Shown here: positions 53,749-64,000 of the stretch, piece after piece
How the letters are laid out: each line of letters opens with the position of its first letter
Numbering within the stretch: the stretch's first letter is position 1
Source of the DNA: the human T2T-CHM13v2.0 reference genome, Homo sapiens
DNA length: 64,000 nucleotides
Strand: one strand, 5' to 3'
Assembly: GCF_009914755.1 (NCBI RefSeq)
Contig: NC_060933.1
The notes under the pieces: generated by a model
Database searches by the model: none
Told to the model about the DNA's origin: nothing
What the model saw: the letters and a program-made list of their open reading frames with translations, nothing else
Program-made: the position numbers and the translations under genes

Positions 53749-54599
53749 TTAATGCAATTGTGATTCTATTTTAGGGAAAAGCATAACATCTTTAAAATTT
53801 TAAGTCAAGGTTTAAAGTAGCATTATAGGCAAATTTAATAATTTACCTCTCTATAAAATTTGTACCAACCCAGAGTATTTATTTCAATTGTACTATTCTT
53901 CCAATTGCAAAAGTATTTACTGTAGTCTTTATGTTTTAGTACTGCCTTTTCTCCACTTATAGTATTTGTGCTACTGCTGACTTCTAAGATAATCCGTAGC
54001 ACAGACTGCAATATATCTTATATCTTGAAATATTTTGTCTTTCCTAGAGTCTAATAAAAGTCACTTTTTAAGAACACTTGTTGAGCTTCAATCCTGCTTT
54101 AGTCTACCTTCATGAAGAAGATGAACATTTCAGATTATGTCCTGATTAGGCACTTTAATTTTAACAAATAGATATCATCTCTGTTCTTCTCACAAATGAG
54201 TGTTAAACGACATCTGCTTGTAGATGGTGCTACAGAATTTCTTTACTTCAGTTTTCTGATGAAGAGAATAACCTTGAATTATCATTAACTCAAGAATGAA
54301 AAATGTTATTCATGGAAAATTTTCTGAAAAATGGAATAATCTAGTCTAAACTTTTATCCTTAAATAAGCCAGAGAAATCTAGAATTTTCTTTATTTAAGC
54401 TAGGCTTTATCATTGACCTCATTTAATAATATAAAAACAGTCTTATGAAAATTGCCTTTTAACATACTTTATGGATACCATTGAAGGTTGATGCTATTCT
54501 ACGGTTTCTCTTTTATGACAGTTGGCAGCAATATCCCATCTGTCCCTAAATCTGTGTTACTTCTAAACAGCAACTTTTCTCTCATCTTACAATGGCAAT

Positions 54600-54800
54600 G
54601 AAGTCCAATGATCAAGGGTGGGTGCCTTGATCCAAATCCTGTGACCACCACTTATGTGTGACTGACTTTGTTTTCTCTTTTAGAAATCAGTGAAAAAGTA
54701 GTTTCTACCTCCTAGGATTATGAAAGGAGTAAACTATATCAAGCCTACAAAGCATCTACAAAAATCCCTGGCACAAAGTGGGCGTTCCTTGTTAGCTGTG
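54600..54800 (+). mobile_element. MIR fragment
   Basis: 'ccaaatcctgtgaccaccactta...tagtttctacctcctaggatt...cctggcacaaagt'. Confidence 0.6.
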
Positions 54801-55414
54801 ATTCTTTGGAAAATGATAAATTTTGAAACTTTTTTTCCTGGCTTCTAAAAAAAGTAAAGTCAAATGTGTTGCCTTTCTGACACTTTGGAAATGGACACAA
54901 AATCTTCTACTTATTTTTCTGCTTTTATTCTCCCTTAATCTACAGTTATTTAATGTTATTCTCTGTCATATCACATACTGTTGGGTATAATTGTATGCTC
55001 CAGTATTTTAGGTTGAATTAAGAAGAATAAAAAGTGTGTATGCATAATATATTTTCATTTTAATCTTTTGCTACTTCAAGAAAAAATCTTTGGAATTAAA
55101 TAGCTATCGAAAGAGGGAAGAAGAGAGTTCCTGGAAATGTCCTTGTTCTTGATTCATGTGATCAATTTGTGATAATTTAGTGACCTATAATTTTTGTATA
55201 TTTTTCTATATTCTTACTATTATTGATGCATATTTCACATTTAAACATTTTTAAAACAATGAAAGTATTGTACCTTCTATACCTATTTGCACTGATTCTT
55301 CATCTTCTTTATCTATTTGCGCTGATTCTTTTTCAAACCTAATAAAAGAAAGTACATTTTCTCTATGTTGGGGTCAGCCGCCTCATTTTTCTTAGGCAAG
55401 GCTTAAAGACCAAT

Positions 55415-55900
55415 TCTATAATTTCAGTTACAAATAACAAAAAACCAACTCGAAAAGACTTAAACAAAAAAAGGTAATTTTTCTGTTCACATAACTTCAA
55501 AATCCAAAGGTGGTTTATATTTTCAAGATGGTTTTTGTCAGGGCTTCTGCTGTTGTCTTCAACCATTTTTCCCAGGCCTCTTCTGTGATCCAAACTCACC
55601 TGCCCACTACCTCCATGACCCCAAAGTGGCTCCCAGCACCTATCAGGGCTGCGTACTGCCTTAAATGCATCCCCAATACAGAAGAGCAGCACTCTTGAGT
55701 TTCTCTCTAATAGGAATTACTTAGGTAATGTAACCCCTAAACTATTCACAGTGTCAAAGGAGAGATAGTTTTACCCTGGTTTAATCAAACCAACTAATTC
55801 TATCTCAGAAGCTGAGCACAGCAGCAACCCCACACAAAGAACATGAAGATTTTGCAGTGGAGAGCAGTGAAATAGTCTTGGGGTAGGAGATTAATTTATA
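55415..55900 (-). mobile_element. MLT1 (K/L-like) LTR remnant
   Basis: 'tttcagttacaaataacaaaaaaccaactc...cttaaacaaaaaaagg...gttcacataact'. Confidence 0.55.
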
Positions 55901-56735
55901 ATTACTGCCTTTTCTACATCTTGAACTTGTGACCGTGAAACCATTTATACTAATAGACAGGGCCATTAGTAGCTATTAGCACTAAGGGCAAATGTGTTGA
56001 TTATTTCATTGGTTCTTTCATTCCTTTATACAACAGAATCTGCTGAAGTCTCTATGTAGACAGCCATTATTACCTAAGTCTTTGGGACACAAAAAGTCTA
56101 ACTGGCTTTAATAGAGCGGTATGATGATAAGGGTGTGGAAAAAATTACTGGAAAACACATCAGTTTGCTTAGTGATATAATAAAAACATCAAAACTCCCC
56201 CTGTGAGAAGCATCAAAGCAATTTTACCCTCCTTGATAATTTTGCCCTTCCATTTGCTTTGCATCATGTGGCTTCAGTTGTAACTCAAGCATAGCTATCA
56301 CGATTTTGCTCAGAACAAATTCTTAACTTATTTTATGTACTTTCTTTGGATCCAAAGAAATAGATTCTGAAGTATGTTACAATCAACCACTCTCTAATAG
56401 CATTTCCTGATTATAAAGCAATGGCTATGACTAGAAAGCGGGCTTCTTTTCAAAAAATGATGGTTTGTATTTTCATACATTGACTTCTGGAAAAATAAAA
56501 TATAAATCAATTAAAATACTCATTTACCTCAAGGCAAGATAGTAATTTATGTCCTACCCTACTCACAATTACCTAAAGGTAATGATATGAAGAAAACAAT
56601 GTTTGATTACTCAGCACTAGTAACAGGTCTGCATTTACTTTTCTATACAAATTTTTTTGCAAAAACTTCAGGATTAAAGATCCATATTCTTTAATAGATA
56701 CTTTCCTTAATTTTTAAAAAAATAAAACAAAATAA

Positions 56736-56885
56736 GGCTGGGCATGGCGGCTTATGCCTGTAATCCCAGCACTTTGTCAGGCTGAGGTAGGAGGATTACT
56801 TGAGTCCAGGACTTCAAGATCAGCTTGGGCAACATAGTGGGATGCCTGTCACTACAAACATTTAAAACAACAATCAAAAAAGAAA
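56736..56885 (+). mobile_element. Alu left monomer (FLAM_C/AluJ)
   Basis: 'ggaggattacttgagtccagga...gggcaacatagtg'; TSD aaaacaaaataa / aaaacaaagtaa. Confidence 0.88.
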
Positions 56886-57200
56886 AACAAAGTAAAATTG
56901 AATTGTTATTCATTGGTACTCAAAAAGAGGGAAATTACATTTTTATGTGTTCGTATTAAATTGATCATTTCTTTAAAAGTTATTTTCTTTCCTTCTAAAT
57001 TAATAAATTATTTGTCCCAAAGGATATATTATCTCTATATGCTGTTAGGGCACACAATAGCATATTATAAGTGATGTTTCAGTTTCTCTAATTAAGCACT
57101 AAGGAACACAGTTGACTTTGACAAATACTGTCATACTTTTCACTAATTGTACATTTCACTTGCTCAAATCACTATTCCATATATAAATTTACTGCCAATT

Positions 57201-57646
57201 CACTATTCACAATAGCAAAGACTTGGAACCAACCCAAATGTCCATCAATGATAGACTGGATTAAGAAAATGTGGCACATATACACCATGGAATACTATGC
57301 AGCCATAAAAAAGGATGAGTTCATGTCCTATGTAGCGACATGGATGAAGCTGGAAACCATCATTCTGAGCAAACTATCGCAAGGACAGAAAAGCAAACAC
57401 CGCATGTTCTCACTCATAGGTGGGAATTGAACAATGAGAACACTTGGACACAGGGCGGGGAACATCACACACTGGGGACTGTCATGGGGTGAAGGGATGG
57501 GGGAGGGATAGCATTAGGAGAAATACCTAATGTAAATGATGAGTTAATGGGTGCAACAAACCAGCACGGCACATGTATACATATGTAACAACCTGCACGT
57601 TGTGCACATGTACCCTAGAACTTAAAGTATAATAAAAAATAAATAA
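57201..57646 (+). mobile_element. 5'-truncated L1PA (PA5-7-like) 3' end
   Basis: ORF2 C-terminus WIKKMWHIYTMEYYAAIKKDEFMS...HRMFSLIGGN*, primate L1 3'UTR; TSD ataaatttactgccaatt / ataagtttactgccaatt. Confidence 0.95.
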
Positions 57647-59156
57647 ATAAGTTTACTGCCAATTAAACACATGATATAAATATCTCTACTTACAACTTTA
57701 CTTACAATTTCAATTTCCATTCTATTCCTGGAATAAATATATTCACTATGGGATTCTTTTTTCTTCACATCACTTATCAAATGACATATACAATAAGAGT
57801 TTACATTCATTTCTCTTGTTGTAATAGCTAATCTATCATGTAATAGCAGCATATTATAAAATATTATATTAATTACCTGCTATTTTACATAATTTCATAA
57901 ATCAGAAAGAACTCACTTGGATGATAATAATGTTAATCTTTTAAAAATATTTATTTGATTGCATGCTTTTTAAGTGTAAGTGGATCATTATGGCAGGGTT
58001 GGAGGAAGTGGTGGCTAAGGGGAAATTTATTTGATAACAGACAATTGTGTACAATGTTTGCAGCACTGATTTTGGCCAAAGAATAAAGTATGTTATTCGT
58101 CTATGCTAATGGTAATTAGTGTGATATAACTGAACTTCCAGTGCACTTCTGTTAATTGAGATTTCCTTCTCATTTTTTAGAATTAAAAATTATCAACATG
58201 AGATTTTAAAATATGCAATATCATAAAGATAGACCCTTAAATATATCAAAAAATTTAAACAGTGTAGTGATTCTTTTCTCAGTGGGTTTATTTCTAATTA
58301 ATTAGGGTAAGTTATTTTTTCATTCTACTTCTATTAATTTCCTTTTGGCTCATAATTTTTTCTCTAGCTCATGAAATTGTTTGACTTTGTAAAAGATTAA
58401 TCTTATATTAGAAGTAATTATTTTTATAGGAGTGAACAATATGGTAGCTCTAAGGGTCTTTTTTAAGGAACTTAAGGCTTTAGGCATACGCATGTCAGTT
58501 TATGAAATGTATTCATATATTCATAATATAAAATCAAAGATAAAATTTTGTGCCATTTTTCTGATTCTCGATTTTTAAAAGAATCATCCTTTGATTGTAC
58601 CTAATCTTTTTCTAACTTGTAGCTAATTTAAATTTATTTTCCAAAAAACTTTGGCCTTGCTGCAGGCACTCTGTTCAATTTCAGCAGGTTTTTATTTATG
58701 CAGAGATCCTTGAGATAGTCACTAGTTTTTACAAGTGGATGTCAGGTTTATCCTCAGTTTTATTTATTTTTAACACGTGTAGTTCTAGGGTACCTGGCAA
58801 TGGAAAAGCTAACCATTAAAATCACTTCTACTCAATAATTTCCAAATTACAGGTGAAAGAAACAAAATGCATGGAGGATTGTCAGTAGGCTATTCTTGGT
58901 GTAACGCTTATAAAATTTCCTCTTGAATGGAGCTCCACCTGGGAGGTTTGTGCCCAGTTTAGTCTTAGTGATGATTCTCAACTCAAATAATTACTTTTAT
59001 TATATTGAGCATTGAAGTAATTGGTCATTACCTACTAGGGCAGTACCTAGAAGGTATTGAGCACCTACTATGTACTATTCTGTAATGCTAGGAATACAGC
59101 AGTAAGCAGAAAACATCCCTGTTATCAACCAGTTTTCATTCTTATGAGTATACACT

Positions 59157-59362
59157 TGCATTAGTCTGGGTTCTCCAGAGAGTTAGAACCAATAGGAGCT
59201 ATACATACATACACACACACACGCATATGTATGTAAGACACATACACTTACATAATTCCATAATACATATACTTATGTAAGACATATATGAACCCTGACA
59301 TATATCTGTAAACATATATACATATATACATCTGTGTTCATGTGTGTGTGTGTATATGTATA

Positions 59363-59405
<43 letters not shown>

Positions 59406-59856
59406 TGTATATATAAACACAGTTAAGGAGGCTGGAAAGTTCCAAGATCTGCAGGGTGAGTTGGCAAGCTGGAGACCCAGAAGAACCTATGGTTTAGTTC
59501 CAGTCTGAGTTTAAAGGCCTGAGAACCAGGGAAAATAATGGTATCATTCCAGACTAAGGACCAGCAGGACTCAGGAAGAGCTTATGTTTCAGTTCAAGTA
59601 CAAAAGCAGAAAAACAAACAAACAAAAAAGAACGCTGATGTTCCAAGTCAAAGGCTATCAAGGAAGAAAGATCCTCTCTTAATCAGCAGAGTCAGCCTTT
59701 TTGTTTTATTCAAGCCTTCAATTTATTGAATGAGGCTCACCCATGCTGTGGAGGGCAATCTGCTTTACTCAATTTACCAATATAAATGTTAGTGTCTTCC
59801 AAAAGTACCCTCACAGAAACACCCAGTGAAGTTGGCACATAAAATTAACCATCCTA
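59157..59856 (-). mobile_element. MLT2B-like (ERVL) solo LTR
   Basis: 'tgcattagtctgggttctccagaga...gaaccaatagga' ... 'ggagggcaatctgctttactc...cataaaattaaccatc'; TSD ACACT. Confidence 0.9.
59203..59415. repeat. Compound (CA)/(TA)/(TG) low-complexity microsatellite inside MLT2
   Basis: Direct reading, includes a (TA)~16 run. Confidence 0.9.
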
Positions 59857-59894
59857 ACACTTATGCTTCAAAATCTGTAACTTCTTCTCAGAAG

Positions 59895-60790
59895 TCTCCC
59901 TTGAGTTCCATGCTCACATATCTATCTGCCTACAAAACATATCATCTTGAATGTTAATAGTTATCTAAAACTTATTAATGTAAAAGGAGAACACTTTATT
60001 CCAAATGCTTAACTTCCAGAAAAAAGCCCCTGCCTTTCTCAATGTTTCTCCTACTCTGTCAATGACACCATTACTTGGCCAGTAACTCAGGCTAAAAGCT
60101 GTGGAATCATTCCTGATGTATATCTTTCCTAAAGTCCTTATTAAATATAACTTACTATCATAGCATTGCCTATCTTTCTCCAGTGTTGCTTCTTCCAGTG
60201 CATCCTTCATTGACAACAGAAAAAAAACTTACTAAAATAAGCAAATCTGATCATGTCAACTCTACCCTCCTCATCAGCTAAATATTCTTTAATAACTCCC
60301 TATAACATATAAACTCTATTCTTCTTAGTGTAACATAAAGAACCTTTCATGAAGCCTGTCTCTCCCATCTCGTCTCTCTTCATAATGCACTCAAACTATG
60401 TGAATCAGCCATTCAGCTATCCTAGGCTCTTTGTATTTCTCTGAATGGCACAGCCCTTAGACATCTATGCCTTTACATATGACTTTATCTCTCCTTAGTT
60501 TGCCTGTCTCCAACCTTCTCTACTTCAAGCATTTTTGTCTTTCAGAACCCATCCAAATATCACTTCTTCCCAGAACCCTTCCTTGACCTCCTGAGTCGGT
60601 GCTACGTGCATAGCACTAAGTGGGTACTCCTATTAGTACTTTTATACTCTGTGATAACTATATGTTTACTTGTCCATCTCCACCCTTTACTGCAAGTTTC
60701 TTTTGAGGAGAAATTTGTATTTGTGATTTGTATGTGAAGTCTGTCTGAACTGCACATACAAATCACCATGCATAGAGCCTGATACAAGCA
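59895..60790 (+). mobile_element. L2 3' region
   Basis: 'catatctatctgcctac...aaatctgatcatgtca...aaatatcacttcttcccagaacccttccttgacc...catagcact'. Confidence 0.75.
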
Positions 60791-61346
60791 AAAAAGGAAG
60801 AGAGAGAAGAAAAAGAGATTGTATAAGGTTCACAGGTTGTTAAGCATCTGGAATTGTAATTCTATGTTACAACTGGGAAAGGCATGATTTCCTAGGGTGC
60901 TCAACAGAAAAGATCTAAAAGAATGAATCATGATGTAAAGAGTGAAAAACATTCTCTTCCTCCAGGCTGTAAGATTCTCTGCAAAGGATCACATCAGACC
61001 AATGGATGCGATTCTCCTGTTCAATGAAAGGAGCATTACCAATTCATGAGTGGTGCTAGTAATTTCCCTGTTCTAATGGGGCAAGGCCTTACAGCAAGGT
61101 CGACATTCCAGAAGGGAGAACTTAAATGATACAACCATGAATACCCAGGAACCTGCTTTATGCCCCAGTTGTTCCCCTACCATCCATCAATCTAAAGGGG
61201 CCCATGATATCGTTGGGAAACAACAATCAATATCCTAAGATTTTCCTTATTCCGCATAATATAAGAAAACTCTTTCTTAAAACAAGTAAACAAATCTTCA
61301 TCAATTGATGAACATTATGTATAATTTCCCAAAATTCTTAAAAATA

Positions 61347-61645
61347 TTTTTGTTTTGAGAAAAGGTCTTGTTGTCATCCAGGCTGTAGTACAGTGACACA
61401 ATCACAGCTTACGGTAGCTTTGACCTCCGGGGCTCAAGCAATCCTCCCACCTCAGCTTCCAGAGTACCTGGGACTACAGGTAAGTGCCACCACACCCAGC
61501 GAATTTTTAAATTTTTTAGTTTTTTGGTAGAGATGGAGTCTCCCTATGTTACCTAGGCTGGTCTCAAATTCCTGGGCTCAAGCGATCCTCCTGCCTCAGC
61601 CCCCCAACTTGCTGTGATTATAGGCATGAGCCACCATGCCTGGCC
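61347..61645 (-). mobile_element. AluJ
   Basis: 'ggctcaagcaatcctcccacctcagc', 'cctgggctcaagcgatcctcc'; TSD approximately aaaaatatttt / aaaaataattt. Confidence 0.9.
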
Positions 61646-61683
61646 TAAAAATAATTTTCCAGAAAAAAAAAAAAAACTCCTTC

Positions 61684-62166
61684 TGTCAGGCCTCTGAGCC
61701 CAAGCCAAGCCATCACATCCCCTGTGACCTGCACGTATATGCCCAGATGGCCTGAAGTAACTAAAGAATCACAAAAGAAGTGAATATGCCCTGCCCCACC
61801 TTAACTGATGACATTCCACCACAAAAGAAGTGTAAATGGCCAGTCCTTGCCTTAACTGATGACATTACCTTGTGAAAGTCCTTTTCCTGGCTCATCCTGG
61901 CTCAAAAAGCACCCCCACTGAGCACCTTGCGACCCCAACTCCTGCCCACTGAGCACCTTACGACTCCCACTCCTACCCGCCAGAGAACAAACCCCCTTTG
62001 ACTGTAATTTTCCTTTACCTACCCAAATCCTATAAAACGGCCCCACCTTTATCTCCCTCCGCTGACTCTCTTTTCGGACTCAGGCGCCTGCACCCAGGTG
62101 AAATAAACAGCCATGTTGCTCACACAAAGCCTGTTTTGTGGTCTCTTCACACGGACGCGCATGAAA
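61684..62166 (+). mobile_element. HERV-H 5' LTR (LTR7, 'up'-like)
   Basis: tgtcaggcctctgagcccaagc ... ggacgcgcatgaaa; two ACAAAAGA motifs (61771, 61821); TATAAAA 62031; AATAAA 62102. Confidence 0.97.
62031..62037 (+). promoter_or_regulatory. LTR7 TATA box
   Basis: cctataaaacgg at the canonical U3 position. Confidence 0.9.
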
Positions 62167-62168
62167 TT

Positions 62169-62186
62169 TGGTGCCGTGACTCGGAT
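62169..62186 (+). promoter_or_regulatory. Primer-binding site for tRNA-His
   Basis: TGGTGCCGTGACTCGGAT, an 18-nt complement of the tRNA-His 3' end, just after the LTR. Confidence 0.97.
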
Positions 62187-62713
62187 CGGGGGACCTCCCT
62201 TGGGAGATCAATCCCCTGTCCTCCTGCTCTTTGCTCCGTAAGAAAGATCCACCTACGACCTCAGGTCCTCAGACCGACCAGCCCAGGAAACATCTCACCA
62301 ATTTCAAATCCGGTAAGCGGCCTCTTTTTACTCTCCCCTCCAACCTCCCTCACTATCCCTCAACCTCTTTCTCCTTTCAATCTTAGCGCCACACTTCAAT
62401 CTCTCCCTTCTCTTAATTTCAATTCCTTTCATTTTCTGGTAGAGACAAAAGAGACATGTTTTATCCGTGAACCCAAAACTCCGGCGCCGGTCACAGACTG
62501 GGAAGGCAGCCTTCCCTTGGTGTTTAATCATTGCAGGGACGCCTCTCTGATTATACACTCATGTTTCAAGGGTGTCAGACCACGCAGGGACACCTGCCTT
62601 GGTCCTTCACCCTTAGCGGCAAGTCCCGCTTTCCTGGGGCAGGGGCAAGTACCCCTCAACCCCTTCTTCTTCACCCTTAGAGGCAAGTCCTGCTTTCCTA
62701 GGGGGCAAGAAGC

Positions 62714-62826
62714 CCCCAATCGCTTATTTCCGCACCCCAACCTCTTATCTCTGTGCCCCAATCCCTTATTTCCGTACCCTGACCTCTTATCTCTGTGCCC
62801 CAATCCCTTATTTCCATGCCCCAACC
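62714..62826 (+). repeat. 42-bp tandem repeat (~2.7 copies) in HERV-H pre-gag
   Basis: ccccaatc(g/c)cttatttccg..ccc..acctcttatctctgtg repeated; 14-codon unit PNxLFPxPxLLSLC. Confidence 0.9.
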
Positions 62827-62909
62827 CCTTTTCAGCTTTTCTGGAGGGCAAGAAACCCCCACCCCTTCTCCGTGTCTCTACTCTTTTCTCTGGGCTTGCC
62901 TCCTTCACT

Positions 62910-64000
62910 ATGGGTAAGCTTCCACCTTCCATTCCTCCTTCTTCTCCCTTAGCCTGTGTTCTCAAAAACTTAAAACCTCTTCAACTCACACCTGACCTAA
63001 AACCTAAATGCCTTATTTTCTTCTGCAATGCCGCTTGACCCCAATACAAACTCGACAGTAGTTCCAAATAGCCAGAAAATGGCACTTTGAATTTTTCCAT
63101 CCTGCAAAATCTAAATAATTCTTTTCGTAAAATAGGCAAACGGTCTGAGGTGCCTGACATCCAGGCATTCTTTTACACATCAGTCCCTTCCTAGTCTCTG
63201 TGCCCAGTGCAACTCGTCCCAGATCCTCCTTCTTTTCCTCCCGCCTGTCCCCTCAGTCCCAACCCCAAGCATCGCTGAGTCTTCCCAGTCTTTCTTTTCT
63301 ACAGACCCATCTGACCTTTCCCCTTCTCCCCAGGCTGCTCGTCGCCAGGCTGAGCTAAGTCCCAATACTTCCTCAGCCTCCACTCCTCCACCCTATAATC
63401 CTTCTATCACCTCCCCTCCTCACACCCGGTCCGGCTTACAGTTTAGTTCCACGACTAGCTCTTCCCCACCTGCCCAGCAATTTACTCTTAAAAAGGTGGC
63501 TAGAGCCAAAGGCATAATCAAGGTTAATGCTCCTTTTTCTTTATCCCAAATCAGATAGCGTTTAGGCTCTTTTTCATCAAATATAAAAACCCAGCCCAGT
63601 TCATGGCTCGTTCGGCAGCAACCCTGAGACACTTTACAGCCCTAGACCCTAAAAGGTCAAAAGGCCATCTTATTCTCAATATACATTTTATTACCCAATC
63701 TGCTCCCGACATTAAATAAAACTCCAAAAATTAAATTCCAGCCCTCAAACCCCACAACAGGATTTAATTAACCTCGCCTTCAAGGTGTAAAATAATAGAA
63801 AAAAGTTGCAATTCCTTGCCTCCACTGTGAGACAAACCCCAGCCACAATCTCCAGCACACAAGAACTTCCAAATGCCTGAACCGCAGTGGCCAGGCGTTC
63901 CTCCAGAACCTCCTCCCACAGGAGCTTGCTACATGTGCCGGAAATCTGGCCACTGGGCCAAGGAATGCCCGCAGCCTAGGATTCCTCCTAAGCCATGTCC
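62910..64000 (+). pseudogene. gag: HERV-H gag remnant
   Basis: Premature TGA at 63036 (Trp position in CNxAWPQY), further stops; zinc knuckle about 1 kb after the ATG implies an internal deletion. Confidence 0.85.

Larger units (their letters stand above)
62167..64000 (+). mobile_element. HERV-H internal region (leader, pre-gag, defective gag), continues past window end
   Basis: PBS-His, splice donor CG|GTAAGC at 62313, gag start MGKLPPSIPPSSPLACVLKNL (ATG 62910), CCHC knuckle CYMCRKSGHWAKEC (63927-63968). Confidence 0.96.

Noticed and set aside
61998-63038. Calling this locus ESRG itself
   Set aside because: It lacks the ESRG ATG and differs in sequence. It is one of many paralogous HERV-H copies, so no gene symbol is given.

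Overview
AT-rich primate (very likely human) genomic DNA dominated by interspersed repeats. No intact protein-coding gene, RNA gene or CRISPR array is visible. 1-16.4 kb is a nested transposon stack: an ancient L2 broken by a near-full-length L1MA2-type element (RT core deleted) and by old L1MC elements (one internally inverted, ORF2 missing), THE1 LTRs and Alus, including a very young AluYa4/Ya5-like copy. The window ends in the 5' part of a HERV-H provirus (LTR7 of the pluripotency-active 'up'-like type, perfect tRNA-His PBS, ESRG-like leader ORF in frame with a broken gag). The most interesting signal is not in the ORF track: between about 35.5 and 45.0 kb, splice-site-bounded + strand segments appear to be the decayed exons of a gene encoding a ZP-N-like (PLAC1/OOSP-type) domain, a Cys-rich three-finger (CC-x4-CN)-like domain, an 18-residue hydrophobic helix and possibly a long Ser/Glu-rich tail. 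This reconstruction needs several frameshifts and was made by eye. Also noted: an orphan retrocopied 3'UTR-like insert (29.3-29.9 kb) and an inverted ~115-bp templated copy of an Alu junction (32.05 kb, copied from 36.3 kb). Repeat subfamily names come from remembered consensus features, not from a RepeatMasker run, and boundaries are approximate unless a TSD is given.
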